From assembly GCA_043813745.1 (NCBI GenBank), contig JBDRKV010000027.1:1-43566 (forward strand): 43,566 bases of DNA. Reading direction: 5' to 3'. The notes under the pieces were generated by a model, which saw nothing but the letters and a program-made list of their open reading frames with translations, was not told where the DNA came from and did no database searches. The position numbers and the translations under genes are program-made. The stretch is from Candidatus Aenigmatarchaeota archaeon (GTDB lineage: Archaea > Aenigmatarchaeota > Aenigmatarchaeia > GW2011-AR5 > GCA-2688965). Shown here in pieces: positions 43,514 to 43,566 of this stretch (position 1 is its first letter; the number at the start of each line of letters is the position of its first letter).

Positions 43514-43566
43514 ATGTAATGTTCATTCAAGGCGATATAAATAAATTTCAATGCCTTCTTTATTTG

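Overview
This is a densely packed archaeal chromosomal segment of about 65 genes. The archaeal call rests on RtcB plus archease, ribosomal protein L40e, a DGGGP-synthase-like UbiA, bulge-helix-bulge (BHB) tRNA introns, and TATA-like boxes about 25 nt upstream of many start codons. The many tiny proteins and reduced gene versions suggest a small-genome, DPANN-like lineage; this is inference only.

Housekeeping genes: PolX, an MFS transporter, a CobA-like adenosyltransferase next to a class II (AdoCbl) ribonucleotide reductase, RtcB, archease, a CPA2 antiporter with a CBS protein, FtsZ, Mre11-Rad50, CTP synthase, a Fap7-like kinase, HtpX, L40e, a CMP-kinase-like protein, a UbiA prenyltransferase, NUDIX, Ogg, a nucleoside 2-deoxyribosyltransferase, a HemK-like methyltransferase and a protein-kinase-like gene.

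Accessory or unusual content:
- Four tandem paralogous Thr-rich lipoproteins with a near-identical duplicated promoter and signal-peptide segment.
- A stand-alone Cas4-like nuclease and several zinc-ribbon minigenes upstream of mre11-rad50.
- A free-standing LAGLIDADG endonuclease in an AT-rich patch that runs into a tRNA-Thr(GGU) gene. That tRNA has two non-canonical BHB introns and an 8-nt middle exon.
- A tRNA-Tyr(GUA) with a 65-nt canonical intron, a leader hairpin and a 46-47-bp tandem repeat mimicking its 5' end.
- A candidate miniaturised RNase P RNA between rtcB and the archease gene.
- A cysteine-rich secreted protein, pilin-like protein and Yip1 cluster.

I saw no CRISPR array, rRNA, integrase or transposase. 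All calls come from reading the sequence and the ORF track by eye; no searches were run.
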